Source: an uncultured Enterobacteriaceae bacterium (GTDB lineage: Bacteria > Myxococcota_A > UBA9042). From it: DNA of 64,000 bases. The stretch lies in contig CAYTLW010000007.1 in NCBI GenBank assembly GCA_964438735.1, positions 8,594 through 72,593 on the forward strand. The letters run 5' to 3'. Under the pieces are notes generated by a model, which worked only from the letters and a program-made list of their open reading frames with translations, was not told the origin of the DNA and made no database searches. Made by a program: the position numbers and the translations under genes. Shown here one piece after another: positions 49,501-58,000 of the stretch (positions are counted from its first letter, which is position 1; every line of letters starts with the position of its first letter).

Positions 49501-52007
49501 ACCGTGCAGGACAGGCCATCGCTGCAGGGCGCCTGGTTGGCCTCGTGGGCGCAGCCAGCGCCGGACTTGCAGCCGTCATTGGTACACGGGTTGCCGTCGT
49601 CACAGGCCTTGCCCTTGCCGCCGACGCAGATGCCTTCGTTGCAGGAGTCGCCAGTGGTGCATGGGTCGCCGTCGTCGCACTTCTTGCCGGCCAGGATGGG
49701 CTGGGTGGCGAGCCAGCAAGAGCCGTTGGCCGGGTTGCAGACCAGGTCGGCGCAAGGTTCGTCATCTTTCGGACATGCAGCGATGGTGGCCTGGTCGATC
49801 ACGCAGACGTGGGGGAACTTGCCGGTCTCACAGCGCAGCGTGCCGTTGCACAGGTCGCCGTCCTCGAAGATGGCGCAGTCGGCGTCCTGCTTGCAGGCGC
49901 ACACGGCCGCGCCGGGATTGCACTTGCCCGACAGGCAGACATCGCCCGCCGTGCACGGGTCGCCGTCGTTGCATAGCAGGTTGTCCTCTTTGGGCTGCAA
50001 CGCGCACGTGCCCTTGGCCGGGTCGCACAGGTTGGCCTGGCAGGCGTCGCTGTCACCGCCGGGGCAGATGACCGGCGTGGTGGGGTTGATGCGGCAGACG
50101 AAGGGCTGCGCGCTGGTATCGCAGTACAACGTGCCGTTGCAGAGGTCGCCATCTTCGCTGTCGGCGCAGTCGCTATCCTTCGTGCAGGCGCAGAGATTGG
50201 TGCCGGTGACGCACTCGCCCAGATCGCATGCGTCATCGGCGGTGCAGGCGTTGTCGTCGGCGTTGCAGGGCCAGCCCTGGTGCACGGGCTCCATTTTGCA
50301 GATGCCGGCCAGGGGCGCGCAGCGATTCTCCATGCAGGTGCTGTCGCCGCCGTCGGGACAGGTCACGACCGTCTTGGGGTTCACCTTGCAGATCTTGGGG
50401 CTGGCCAGCAGGTCGCAGTACAACGTGCCATTGCAGAGGTCGCCATCCTCGAAGGGCGCGCAGTCTGCGTTCGCCTCGCACATGCAGGTATTGGTGCCCA
50501 CCTCGCACAGCCCCTTGTTGCAGCTGTCGCCGACGGTGCACGGGTTGCCGTCGGCGTCGCACGGGCCGTTATTGTTGATGGGCTGCATGGCGCAGGCCCC
50601 GGTCTTCGGCGTACAGGTATTGCGCAGGCAGGCGGTGTCCTGGCCCGAGGCGCAGGTGATCTTGGTGGTCGGATTGACCTTGCATCGAAAGGGCTGCTCG
50701 CTGGTGTCGCAGTACAGCACGCCGTTGCAGAAGTTGCCGTCTTCCTTGGCCGCGCAGTCGGCTGTTGTCTTGCACTCGCAGGTATTGGTGGCCCCTTCGC
50801 AGCTGCCCTTTTTGCAGACCTCGCCCTGGGTGCAGGGGTTGTCGTCATCGCAGGGCAGGTTCTCGGGCATGGGCGCCGCGTAACACTTGCCGGTCTTGCT
50901 TGCACAGGCCGTGGCCGTGCAGTTGCCATCGCCGAGCTTCGGGCAACTGACCACAGTCGCCGGGTTGACCTGGCACGCCGGCTTGGCCAGCGCCAGGTTG
51001 CAGAACAGGGTGCCGCTGCAGAGATCGCCATCTTCCTTGGCGGCGCAGTCGGCGTCGGCGGCACATGGGCAGATGTTGGTGCCGGGTACGCACTGCTCTT
51101 CGACGCAGCTGTCGCCGGAGGTACACGCGCTGCCGTCCTCGCAAGCGGCACCGTCGGCCAGGGGCGTGAGCTCGCACGCGCCCGAAGCCGGATCGCACGC
51201 ATTCTGCAGGCAAGGCGTCTGCCCGGCGACGTCGCATTGCACCACCGTAGCCGGGTTGACCTTGCAACCCCAGGGCGCGCTGGAGGTGTCGCAGTACAGG
51301 GTGCCGTTGCAGGCGTTGCCGTCCTCGAAGGGCGCGCAATCGGCGCTCACCTGGCAGACGCAGATCGTACCACCTGCGACGCATTTGCCCGCCGCGCACG
51401 TCGTGTCGACGGTACAAGGCTGCCCATCGTCGCACAGGGCCCCATCGGTGATCGGGGAAGCGACGCACTTGCCCGTGGCCGACTCGCAGGCGAAGGCCTG
51501 GCAGGTGTCGTCGTCGGGGCACTGGATGACCGTCGCGGGATCCACCTCGCAACGGCCGCTGCCGCCATCCGGCACGCAGCGCAACGTGCCATTGCAGGCA
51601 TCGCCATCATCCAGGGCGGTGCAATCCGCCTTGAACTTGCACGGGCACGCATCCTTGCCGCCGCCGCACACGCCCTGCTTGCAGGTCTCGCCCAGGGTGC
51701 AGACGTCGCCGTCGTCGCAGGCGCTGCCATCGGACGCCAGCACGGGTACGCAGACCTGCTCGATGCAGAGCACGTCGGTGGCGCAGGGTCCGACGGCGCA
51801 GTCCGTGGCGGTGCTGCAGCTCGGCACGGAGACCACCGCGCCCGCGTCAGGGTCGCCGGCGATATCGCCGCTGGTGGCCAGATCGCCACCGGTGTCTGCG
51901 TTGATGATGCTGTCGATGCCCGAAGACGGGTCGGTGATGGGATCGTCGCCGCAGGCCGCCGACGAGCCGACCAGCACACCCAGCAGGACGAGGTGGCGCA
52001 ACTTCAT
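43584..52007 (-). CDS. Giant (~2807 aa) Cys-rich repeat lipoprotein: ~10 large Cys modules, ~40 Myxococcus cysteine-rich repeats, two beta-propeller domains each capped by Cys repeats
   Basis: Lipoprotein signal peptide MKLRHLVLLGVLVGSSAACGDD. ATG 52007 overlaps the stop of the upstream giant gene (ATGA). Continuous 8.4-kb ORF. Propeller blades of ~50 aa (G..D.G.AV....DGG.V.VG.T.S.G.GG.DAWLLR...G...W.KT.GG). Confidence 0.85.
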   Translation of the reverse strand: MKLRHLVLLGVLVGSSAACGDDPITDPSSGIDSIINADTGGDLATSGDIAGDPDAGAVVSVPSCSTATDCAVGPCATDVLCIEQVCVPVLASDGSACDDGDVCTLGETCKQGVCGGGKDACPCKFKADCTALDDGDACNGTLRCVPDGGSGRCEVDPATVIQCPDDDTCQAFACESATGKCVASPITDGALCDDGQPCTVDTTCAAGKCVAGGTICVCQVSADCAPFEDGNACNGTLYCDTSSAPWGCKVNPATVVQCDVAGQTPCLQNACDPASGACELTPLADGAACEDGSACTSGDSCVEEQCVPGTNICPCAADADCAAKEDGDLCSGTLFCNLALAKPACQVNPATVVSCPKLGDGNCTATACASKTGKCYAAPMPENLPCDDDNPCTQGEVCKKGSCEGATNTCECKTTADCAAKEDGNFCNGVLYCDTSEQPFRCKVNPTTKITCASGQDTACLRNTCTPKTGACAMQPINNNGPCDADGNPCTVGDSCNKGLCEVGTNTCMCEANADCAPFEDGDLCNGTLYCDLLASPKICKVNPKTVVTCPDGGDSTCMENRCAPLAGICKMEPVHQGWPCNADDNACTADDACDLGECVTGTNLCACTKDSDCADSEDGDLCNGTLYCDTSAQPFVCRINPTTPVICPGGDSDACQANLCDPAKGTCALQPKEDNLLCNDGDPCTAGDVCLSGKCNPGAAVCACKQDADCAIFEDGDLCNGTLRCETGKFPHVCVIDQATIAACPKDDEPCADLVCNPANGSCWLATQPILAGKKCDDGDPCTTGDSCNEGICVGGKGKACDDGNPCTNDGCKSGAGCAHEANQAPCSDGLSCTVGDGCTGGKCVAGKAKVCDDGNPCTIDTCLKNSGKCSTKAQAGSCDDGNACTSSDACKAGGCVGTSVKCEDGNPCTKHTCDTDKGCLQSPASASCSDGSACTVGDTCSGGKCVPGKPTSCDDGKLCTTDACDKLKGCVHSPSTAKCDDGNPCTAGDTCKAGACQAGGNICGCEKDADCKAKEDGNVCNGTLRCDKAKAPFVCVVDLKTIVTCSAAKNSTCRVNTCDAKTGKCKLLPRNEGKSCDADGSVCTAADTCYLGLCKPGKSLLCNDGQVCTADSCDKAKGCTFTASGGACDDGDKCTTNDGCKGGKCAPGAALGCNDKNACTTDQCKPLVGCSNVATTAPCDDGNTCTSGDACAAGSCVPGEAVKCDDGNPCTNDGCDIKSGCSHVANKQPCNDGNKCTIGDSCAASKCVAGKAKSCDDNNPCTDDSCGVKTGACSHGHNGKPCDDGTVCTKSDACGGGVCKGVAINCDDNNACTDDACDAVKGCTHGANTKPCDDGSKCTLTDTCKSGGCVGSGAPSCDDGNPCTNDGCDKAKGCTHAANSATCDDNNVCTSGDKCSGGSCQSGANQCACTKNSDCAAKEDGNPCNGTLICDTSKAPYACKIDPKTIVTCDSSQNTTCVVNVCIAKTGACKLSAKNTGNPCSDGSKCTVGDLCKGGACDPGSAADCSDGNPCTTDSCKAAIGCVNTVNVSPCNDGNACTTKDTCSVGKCVGGQAPVCDDGKVCTTDSCDKAKGCVTANNTAPCDDGSKCTTVDVCAGGSCSGSKPPNCDDGNGCTTDSCSKAAGCVYSNNSASCDDGSKCTLNDACSGGACKGGPAPNCGDGKVCTTDSCDPAKGCQHVNNTAACDDGDGCTTTDGCKGGTCVGSGAPSCNDGKVCTTDSCDKAKGCVHVNNTAACDDADACTTADTCSGGNCVGGKAPDCNDGNVCTTDSCDKATGCKQVNNTATCDDGDACTASDACSGGTCGGKKVTCDDGNTCTDDVCDKAKGCVFTNHTKACDDGNVCTQIDACNGGKCVGNSPKTCDDKNACTTDSCDVVKGCQFANNTASCDDGDACTVGDACSAGACASGKPKICSDGNSCTADSCDKANGGCKYTALAGACEDGNVCSAGGVCSSGKCATLNKPRLFSTFSSHSSRRWGRDIVTTADGFTLVGGGSGEDGNARLIHLDRAGTQKWAVDLSNGEDQEHGFGLVQLSDGGYAITGFSESLGDEDPVLMVMRVNASGGKIWSKGHVTGEITSRGHAVALRDDGALFAVGYIATGSTDGLTVAFSNSGNKLFSRTWGYSGKVDRAHDVVALPDGFAIIGESEAGISKSRDMILLRTDRDGRERWRRYYGGSDQEWGYGLARFPDGGFALAGATKSFGAGGIDGWLLRVDAAGGVRWSKTVGGNGDDNLRGVRLGVGDNVFAVGTYKDGDLGKEDGYVVSTDLHGTTRWTQYVGGASEDWGWDLSLAHDGAPAVVTTSKSQPGNSNEEIHVARLDAWGHITCDVSSGCADKSASDCDDGKDCLLDGCDKGVCSHADATGDCADGDACSLPGTCFANGVCQASKQDKLLSKLYGVSGDDVLHGVTRDGGGLVAVGSTTSKGAGGADAWLLRVNSAGTITQEKTWGGAKDDVAWGVIAAAKAGHLVFGSKNLDAAKGKAMWWAKVNADGTLAFDKSKEGDKDEEAFAAAWRAPDKHLLVGRTNSKGGGGYDAYVLRISDIGNSDFDKTFGGTGDQAARGVVTHGTNGIVVGDTTQGAGGTDCLVFNVTSSGTQSWLKTFGGAQNDGCLAALSDGDNGVYAAGYFHDVAGGNKKVGSVWRINGSGSLLWQAKVTGANDNLLLALAPAAPLGVFAVGHQNPGPGGGMDALLAHIDAQGNVRSAATIGVSGTDVAHGVALFKEGLALVGKRPDSGNKAAGWLQRLDAWGTTKCTASGACADKPSVGCDDANPCTLDTCTAAAGCKHGNLADNSPCGGGKTCSAGVCK

Positions 52008-55000
52008 TTGCACACCCCCGCCGAACACTTCTTGCCATCACCGCAGTCGCTGCCGTCGGCGTAGGTCTTCTTGACGCATCCCGTCGACGGCGTGCAGCCG
52101 CTCTTGGTGCAGGGGTTGTTATCCTCGCAAGCTGTGGCCTTGACCGCGCCGCACTTGCCGGCCGTCTTGCAGTCCGTATGGCCCCACGAGTTGATGCGCA
52201 GCAGCCAGGCGTCGCCACCGCCGGCGCCGAAGGTGTTGGTCAGCCCGGCAGCCAGCGTGTCCTCGCCCAAGGTGACGGCGGCCTTGCCCCAGTCTCTGCC
52301 CTTGCCGCCGATCCAGGCCGACCAGCGCGCTGTTCCATCGCTGCCGACGCGATACCACCACAGCGCCGAGGTGGTCGAGGCGGAGCTGTATCGTCGCTCG
52401 CCGACCATCACCCAGCCGCCGGGCATGGCCGTCAGGCCCCAGGCGGTGGTCTGGTAGCTGCCGCCGGTGCCGTAGGTCTTCTCCCAGAGCAGCTTGCCGC
52501 TGTCGTTGACGCTCGCCAGCCAGGCCTTGCGATTGCCGAAGACCACGTCGCGGCTGCCGGCCACCACCACGGCACCCTTGACAGCCGCCACCGCATGGGC
52601 GCGATCGTCGAGCTTGCCGGCACCGAAGCGCTGCGCCCAGGCGAGCTTGCCCGCGCTGCTGCTGCGTATGACGAACGCCTGCCTGCCGATGGTGAAGGAC
52701 TGGGTCCAGCCGACCGCCACCACGTCGCCCTGGCTCGTCTCCACCACGTCGTGGGCTTCGTCCTTTGCGGCGCCGCCGTACTGCAGCGACCACATGAAGG
52801 CGCCTGCCTTGCTGAAGCGCAGAACGTCGGCCTTCTCCTTCTTGCTCACCGCGGTGTGACCGGCGACCAGCAGGTCCCCGTTGGCCGCGGCATGTACCGC
52901 CTGCAAGCCGTCCTTGCCCGAACCGCCACGATAGGTCTGCCAGACCTTGCTGCCATCGGTTTTGGCCTTGTACAGCCACATATCTTCCTTGTTCTTGCCG
53001 ATCTTGGTGTCCGACTGACCGACCATCACCAACGCCCCGTCGGAGGTGGCAGCCAGGTCGTTGAAGCCGTCCTTGCCCGCTGCCGTGCCGAAGAACTTGC
53101 TCACCTTGGCGGTGCCCGTGGCTGTGGCGACGACCAGGTAGCCATCGGCATCGCCGCCGGCGGTGGAGCGGCTCGTTCCGGCCAGCGCGAACGTGCCATC
53201 AGCCAGTGCGACGACACCGCCAGCTTCGTCCAGGCCCTTGCCGCCATGGGCCACCGAGAACAGCCGACCGACACCAGAGTCGTAGCAGGCCCCCGCCTTG
53301 CATCGGCCGATGTTGCACGAGCTCACATTCGGCTGGCACGGCGTGCCCAACTGGTTGACGACCACGCAGCCCTTGGCGTTGTCGCACTTGTCGTCGGTAC
53401 AGGCGTTGCCGTCGTCGCAACTGACCGGCGCGCCGGGACTGCAGCTGCCGCCACCACAACTGTCGCCCTTGGTGCAGCTGTCGCCATCGCTGCAGCTGGT
53501 GTTGTTGTTCACATTCTGGCAGCCGACCGCCTTGTCGCAGCTGTCGTCGGTGCAGCTGTTGCCGTCATCGCAGTTGGGCGGCTTGCTACCGACACAGGAA
53601 CCCGCGTTGCAGTAGTCGGCGGTGGTGCACTTGTCGCCGTCATCGCAGTTGCTCGTATTGTTGACGTTCTTGCACCCTGAATCCGACTGGCAGCTGTCTG
53701 TGGTGCACGGATTGCCGTCGTCGCAATTCTTGGCCGGTCCGCCGGCGCATTTTCCCTTCGAGCAGACATCTTTGGTCGTGCAGACGCTACCATCGTCGCA
53801 GGCGTCGCTGTTGTTGACCGGCTTGCATCCCGTGGCGCCGTCGCAGCCATCGGTGGTGCAGGGATTGCCATCGTCGCAATTCGGCGGCTTCGAGCCGACG
53901 CACGCTCCGGCGGCACACTTGTCCACGGTCGTACATTTATCGCCGTCGTCGCAGTTCGCGGTGTTGTGGACCTGCTGGCATCCCTTCAGCTTATCGCAGC
54001 TGTCGCTGGTACAGGCATCGCCATCGTCGCAATTGGGAGCGCTCGCACCCACGCACTTGCCAGCGGCACATTTGTCTACCGTGGTGCACTTGCTGCCGTC
54101 GTCGCAGCCCAGCGAATTGGCGGGGTGGGTGCAGCCGGTCGACACATTGCAGCCGTCGGTGGTGCACGGGTTGCCATCATCGCAGTTCGGCGGCTTGCTG
54201 CCGCTGCATGAACCGCCCTTGCAGGCGTCGACCGTGGTGCACTTGCTGCCGTCGTCACACGACGCGCTGTTATTGGCGTGCGTACATCCGGAGACCTTGG
54301 CGCAGGCGTCCGACGTGCACGGATTGCCGTCATTGCAATCGGGCGGGGTGCTGCCCTTGCAGGCGCCGCCTTTGCACGTGTCGACTGTGGTGCACTTGTC
54401 GCCGTCGTCGCAACCCGCGCTGTTGGCCACGTGCTTGCAGCCCGTCGCTGGCGAACAGCTGTCATCGGTGCACGGCTTGGCGTCGTTGCAGTCGACCTTG
54501 GCGCCAGGCTGGCAGCTCTTGCTGGCGCATTTATCATTCGCCGTGCACTTGCTGCCGTCGTCACAAGGCGAGGTGTTGGCGACGTGCGTGCAGCCGCTGA
54601 GCTTGTTGCAGCCATCGTTGGTGCAGGGGTTGCCATCATCACACGACAAGGCGCTGCCCTTGATGCAGGCGCCCGAGGCGCACGCGTCCTTGACGGTGCA
54701 GACGCTGCCGTCGGCGTCGCAGGGTCCGCCTTCATTGCGCGGCGTCAGGGCGCACTTGCCGGTCTTGGTGGCACATACGTTGTGCTTGCAAGCCGTATCG
54801 CCGCTACTGGAGCAGGTGATGACGGTCTTCGGGTCGACCTTGCACGCATAGGGCGGCTTGGACGTGTCGCAATACAACGTGCCGTTGCAGACATTGCCGT
54901 CCTCGGACGCTGCGCAATCGGCGTTCTTGATGCACGCGCAGGTGTTCGTGCCCGGCTTGCAGACGCCGTTGACGCAGGCGTCCGGCGTGGTGCAGGGATC

Positions 55001-58000
55001 ACCATCGCTGCACGGGGCCTTGGCCGGCTGATGTTGGCAGCCGCCGGATACCACAGGGCTGCAGCTGTCGGCGGTGCAGGGGTTCTTGTCGTCGCACTTC
55101 TTGGCCACGCCACCGCTGCACGAGCCCTTGTTGCACGCCTCCCCGACGGTGCAGGGGTTCTTGTCGTCGCAGGCGCCCGCGGCTGGTTTGTGCACGCAAC
55201 CGGTCGACGCGTTGCAGCTGTCATGAGTGCAGTCGTTGCCGTCGTCGCAGTCGATGTTCTTGCCCTTGCATTCGCCGGCGACGCAGGCATCGGCCTTGGT
55301 ACAGGCGTTGCCATCGCTGCACGTGCCGGTGATGGCGATGGCCTTGCAGGCGCCGCTCTTGGACTCGCAGATGTCGTTGGTGCAGGTCTTTCCGTCATCG
55401 CAGACGGTCGCTGCACCCGAGGTGCAAAGGCCGGCCTTGCAGACGTCGTTCTTCGTGCACAGATTGCCGTCCTCGCAGGACGCGTTATTGGCTGTGTTGA
55501 CGCAGCCCTTGGCCTTGTCACATCCGTCGTTGGTGCACGGGTTGCCGTCGCCACAAGAGGGCGCTGCACCGCCGACACATTTGCCGCCTTTGCATGCGTC
55601 ACCGCCGGTGCACGCATCGCCGTCGTTGCACGCCTTGTTGTTGGGCACGTGGGCGCAGCCGCTGGACTTGACGCAGGCGTCCGCGGTGCATGGGTTGCCG
55701 TCGTCGCAAGGCTTCGGGGCGCCGGGTTTGCACGCTCCCTGTTTGCAGGTATCGCCGACCGTGCACACGTCGCCATCGCTGCAGGGCGAGGAATTCGGCG
55801 TGTGGGTACAACCCTTGCCCGCGTCGCACTTGTCGAATGTACAGGGGTTGGTGTCGTTGCAGGCCAGCTTTGGCCCCGCAAGGCACTTGCCCGAGTTGCA
55901 GGCGTCGCCCGAGGTACACACGCTGCCGTCAGCGTCGCAGGGCTGGCCCTGGTTGGCCGGCAGGCTCTGGCATTTGCCGCTGGTCTTGTCGCAGGAGATC
56001 GCCCGGCAGGGGTCGCTGCTGGTGCCGCAATTCACGATGGATGAGGGGATGATCTTGCACGAGAACGGCGGTTTGGACGTGTCGCAATAGAGCTTGCCGT
56101 TGCAGACATTGGCGTCGTCCTTGGCGGTGCATTCGATGTTGGTCTTGCAGCCGCAGATGTCCTTGCCCGGCAGGCACTTGCCAGCGCCACAGAGGTCCTT
56201 CTCCGTGCAGGGATTGCCGTCATCACAGGGCTTCAGCGGGTTGACCGTGACGCAGCCCTTGGCCTTGTCGCAGACGTCGATGGTGCACTCATTGTTGTCG
56301 TTGCAGTCCACCTTGGGACCGGGCTTGCAGCTACCAGCGGCGCACAGGTCTGACTTGGTGCAGGCGTTGCCATCGTCGCACGCACCGCCGATGGCGGGAT
56401 GGGCGCAGCCACTGCCCGGCTTGCAGAAGTCGGCCGTGCAAGCATTGCCGTCATCACATGCCTTGGCCTTGCCCGTGCACCCCCCGGCCGTGCAGGCGTC
56501 ATTGACCGTGCAGAGGTTGCCGTCGTCGCACTTGTCGCCCGCGAAGGTCGACTTGCATGCGCCGGTCGCCGCCACGCAACCATCCGTCGTGCAGGGGTTG
56601 CCGTCGTCGCAGTTCTTGGTCGCGCCGGGCTTGCAGGCCCCCTTGGCGCAGACGTCTCCCAAAGTGCATGGGTCGTCGTCGCTGCACGGGGCCTGCGTTG
56701 CTTGGTGGACGCAGCCCTTCAACGCGTCGCAGCCGTCGCTGGTGCAGCCGTTGCCATCATCACAGGCCAGAGCGGCGCCGGGCTTGCAGGTCAGCCCGTC
56801 GCAGACATCCCCCTTTGTGCACGCGCTGCCATCATTGCAGGGCTGGCCGAACTTGGCCGGTGCCGGCAGCCCGTCGCATTTGCCGGACTTGGTATTGCAG
56901 CCGTAGACCGCGCAAGGCAGGGGTTTGGCCGGGCACGCGACGTCACCGGCGGGATCCTTGACGCAGACCGACTTGGGGCCGGAGGTGTCGCAGACGAGCG
57001 CCGCCGTGCAGAGGTTGTCATCATCCAGCTTGGCGCAGTCTGCGTCGCTGGCGCAGCCGCAGACGCTCGGTCCGGACACGCACTGGCCATCAAGACAGGC
57101 GTCACCCTTGGTGCAGAGCAGGCCGTCCTCGCAGCCCGTGCCGTCCTTTTCCAGGCTCGCCGCGCACTTGCCCGTCGCCGGCACGCAGCCGCCCGCCGCG
57201 CAGCCGGGATCGCCTGGCTTGTCACAGGTCACCACGGTCGCCGGATTGAGCGCGCACTGGAAAGGAAGCTTCGACTTGTTGCAATACAGCGTGCCGTTGC
57301 ACAGATTGCCATCGTCCTTGACCGCACAGTCCCCATCGCTGGTGCATGCGCAGGCATTCGGCCCGGCCACGCAGCTGCCCAGGTCGCAGGCGTCGTCCGG
57401 CGTGCAGGCGTTGTTGTCGGCGTTGCAGGCGTGGCCCTGGGCCTTGGCGACCACTTTGCAGTTGCCCGTGGCCGGCTGGCACTGGTTGGTCGCGCAGGCG
57501 GTGTCGCCGCCAGGGCAGTTGATGACAGAGTTTGGATCGACCTCGCACTTGAAGGGCAGGGTCGCCTTGCTGCAGAACAGGCTGCCATTGCAGGCATCGC
57601 CATCCTCGTGGGCCGCACAATCCTTGTCGGCCTGGCACGCGCAGTCGTTGGCACCGGCAGCACATGTGCCTTCGATGCAGTGGTCGTTGGCGGTGCAAGC
57701 GTTGCCGTCGGCGTCGCAGGGTTTGCCCTCGTTGATCCCGACAAAGCTGCACGTGCCAGTCTTGGGCGCGCAAGCTGCGGCGGCACATTGCCCGTCCAGG
57801 GGTGGCTTGCAGACCACCAAGGTCTTGGCGTTGACCTTGCAGCGGAAGGGCGCCTGGGACTTGTCGCAGAACAGGGTGCCGTTGCACAGGTCGCCGTCCT
57901 CGAACGCGCCGCAGTCGGCGTTGGATGTGCAGGTGCAGCTGAACTTGCCCGACTTGCACGAGCCCGCCGCACAGGCGTCGCCCACGGTGCAGCCATTGCC

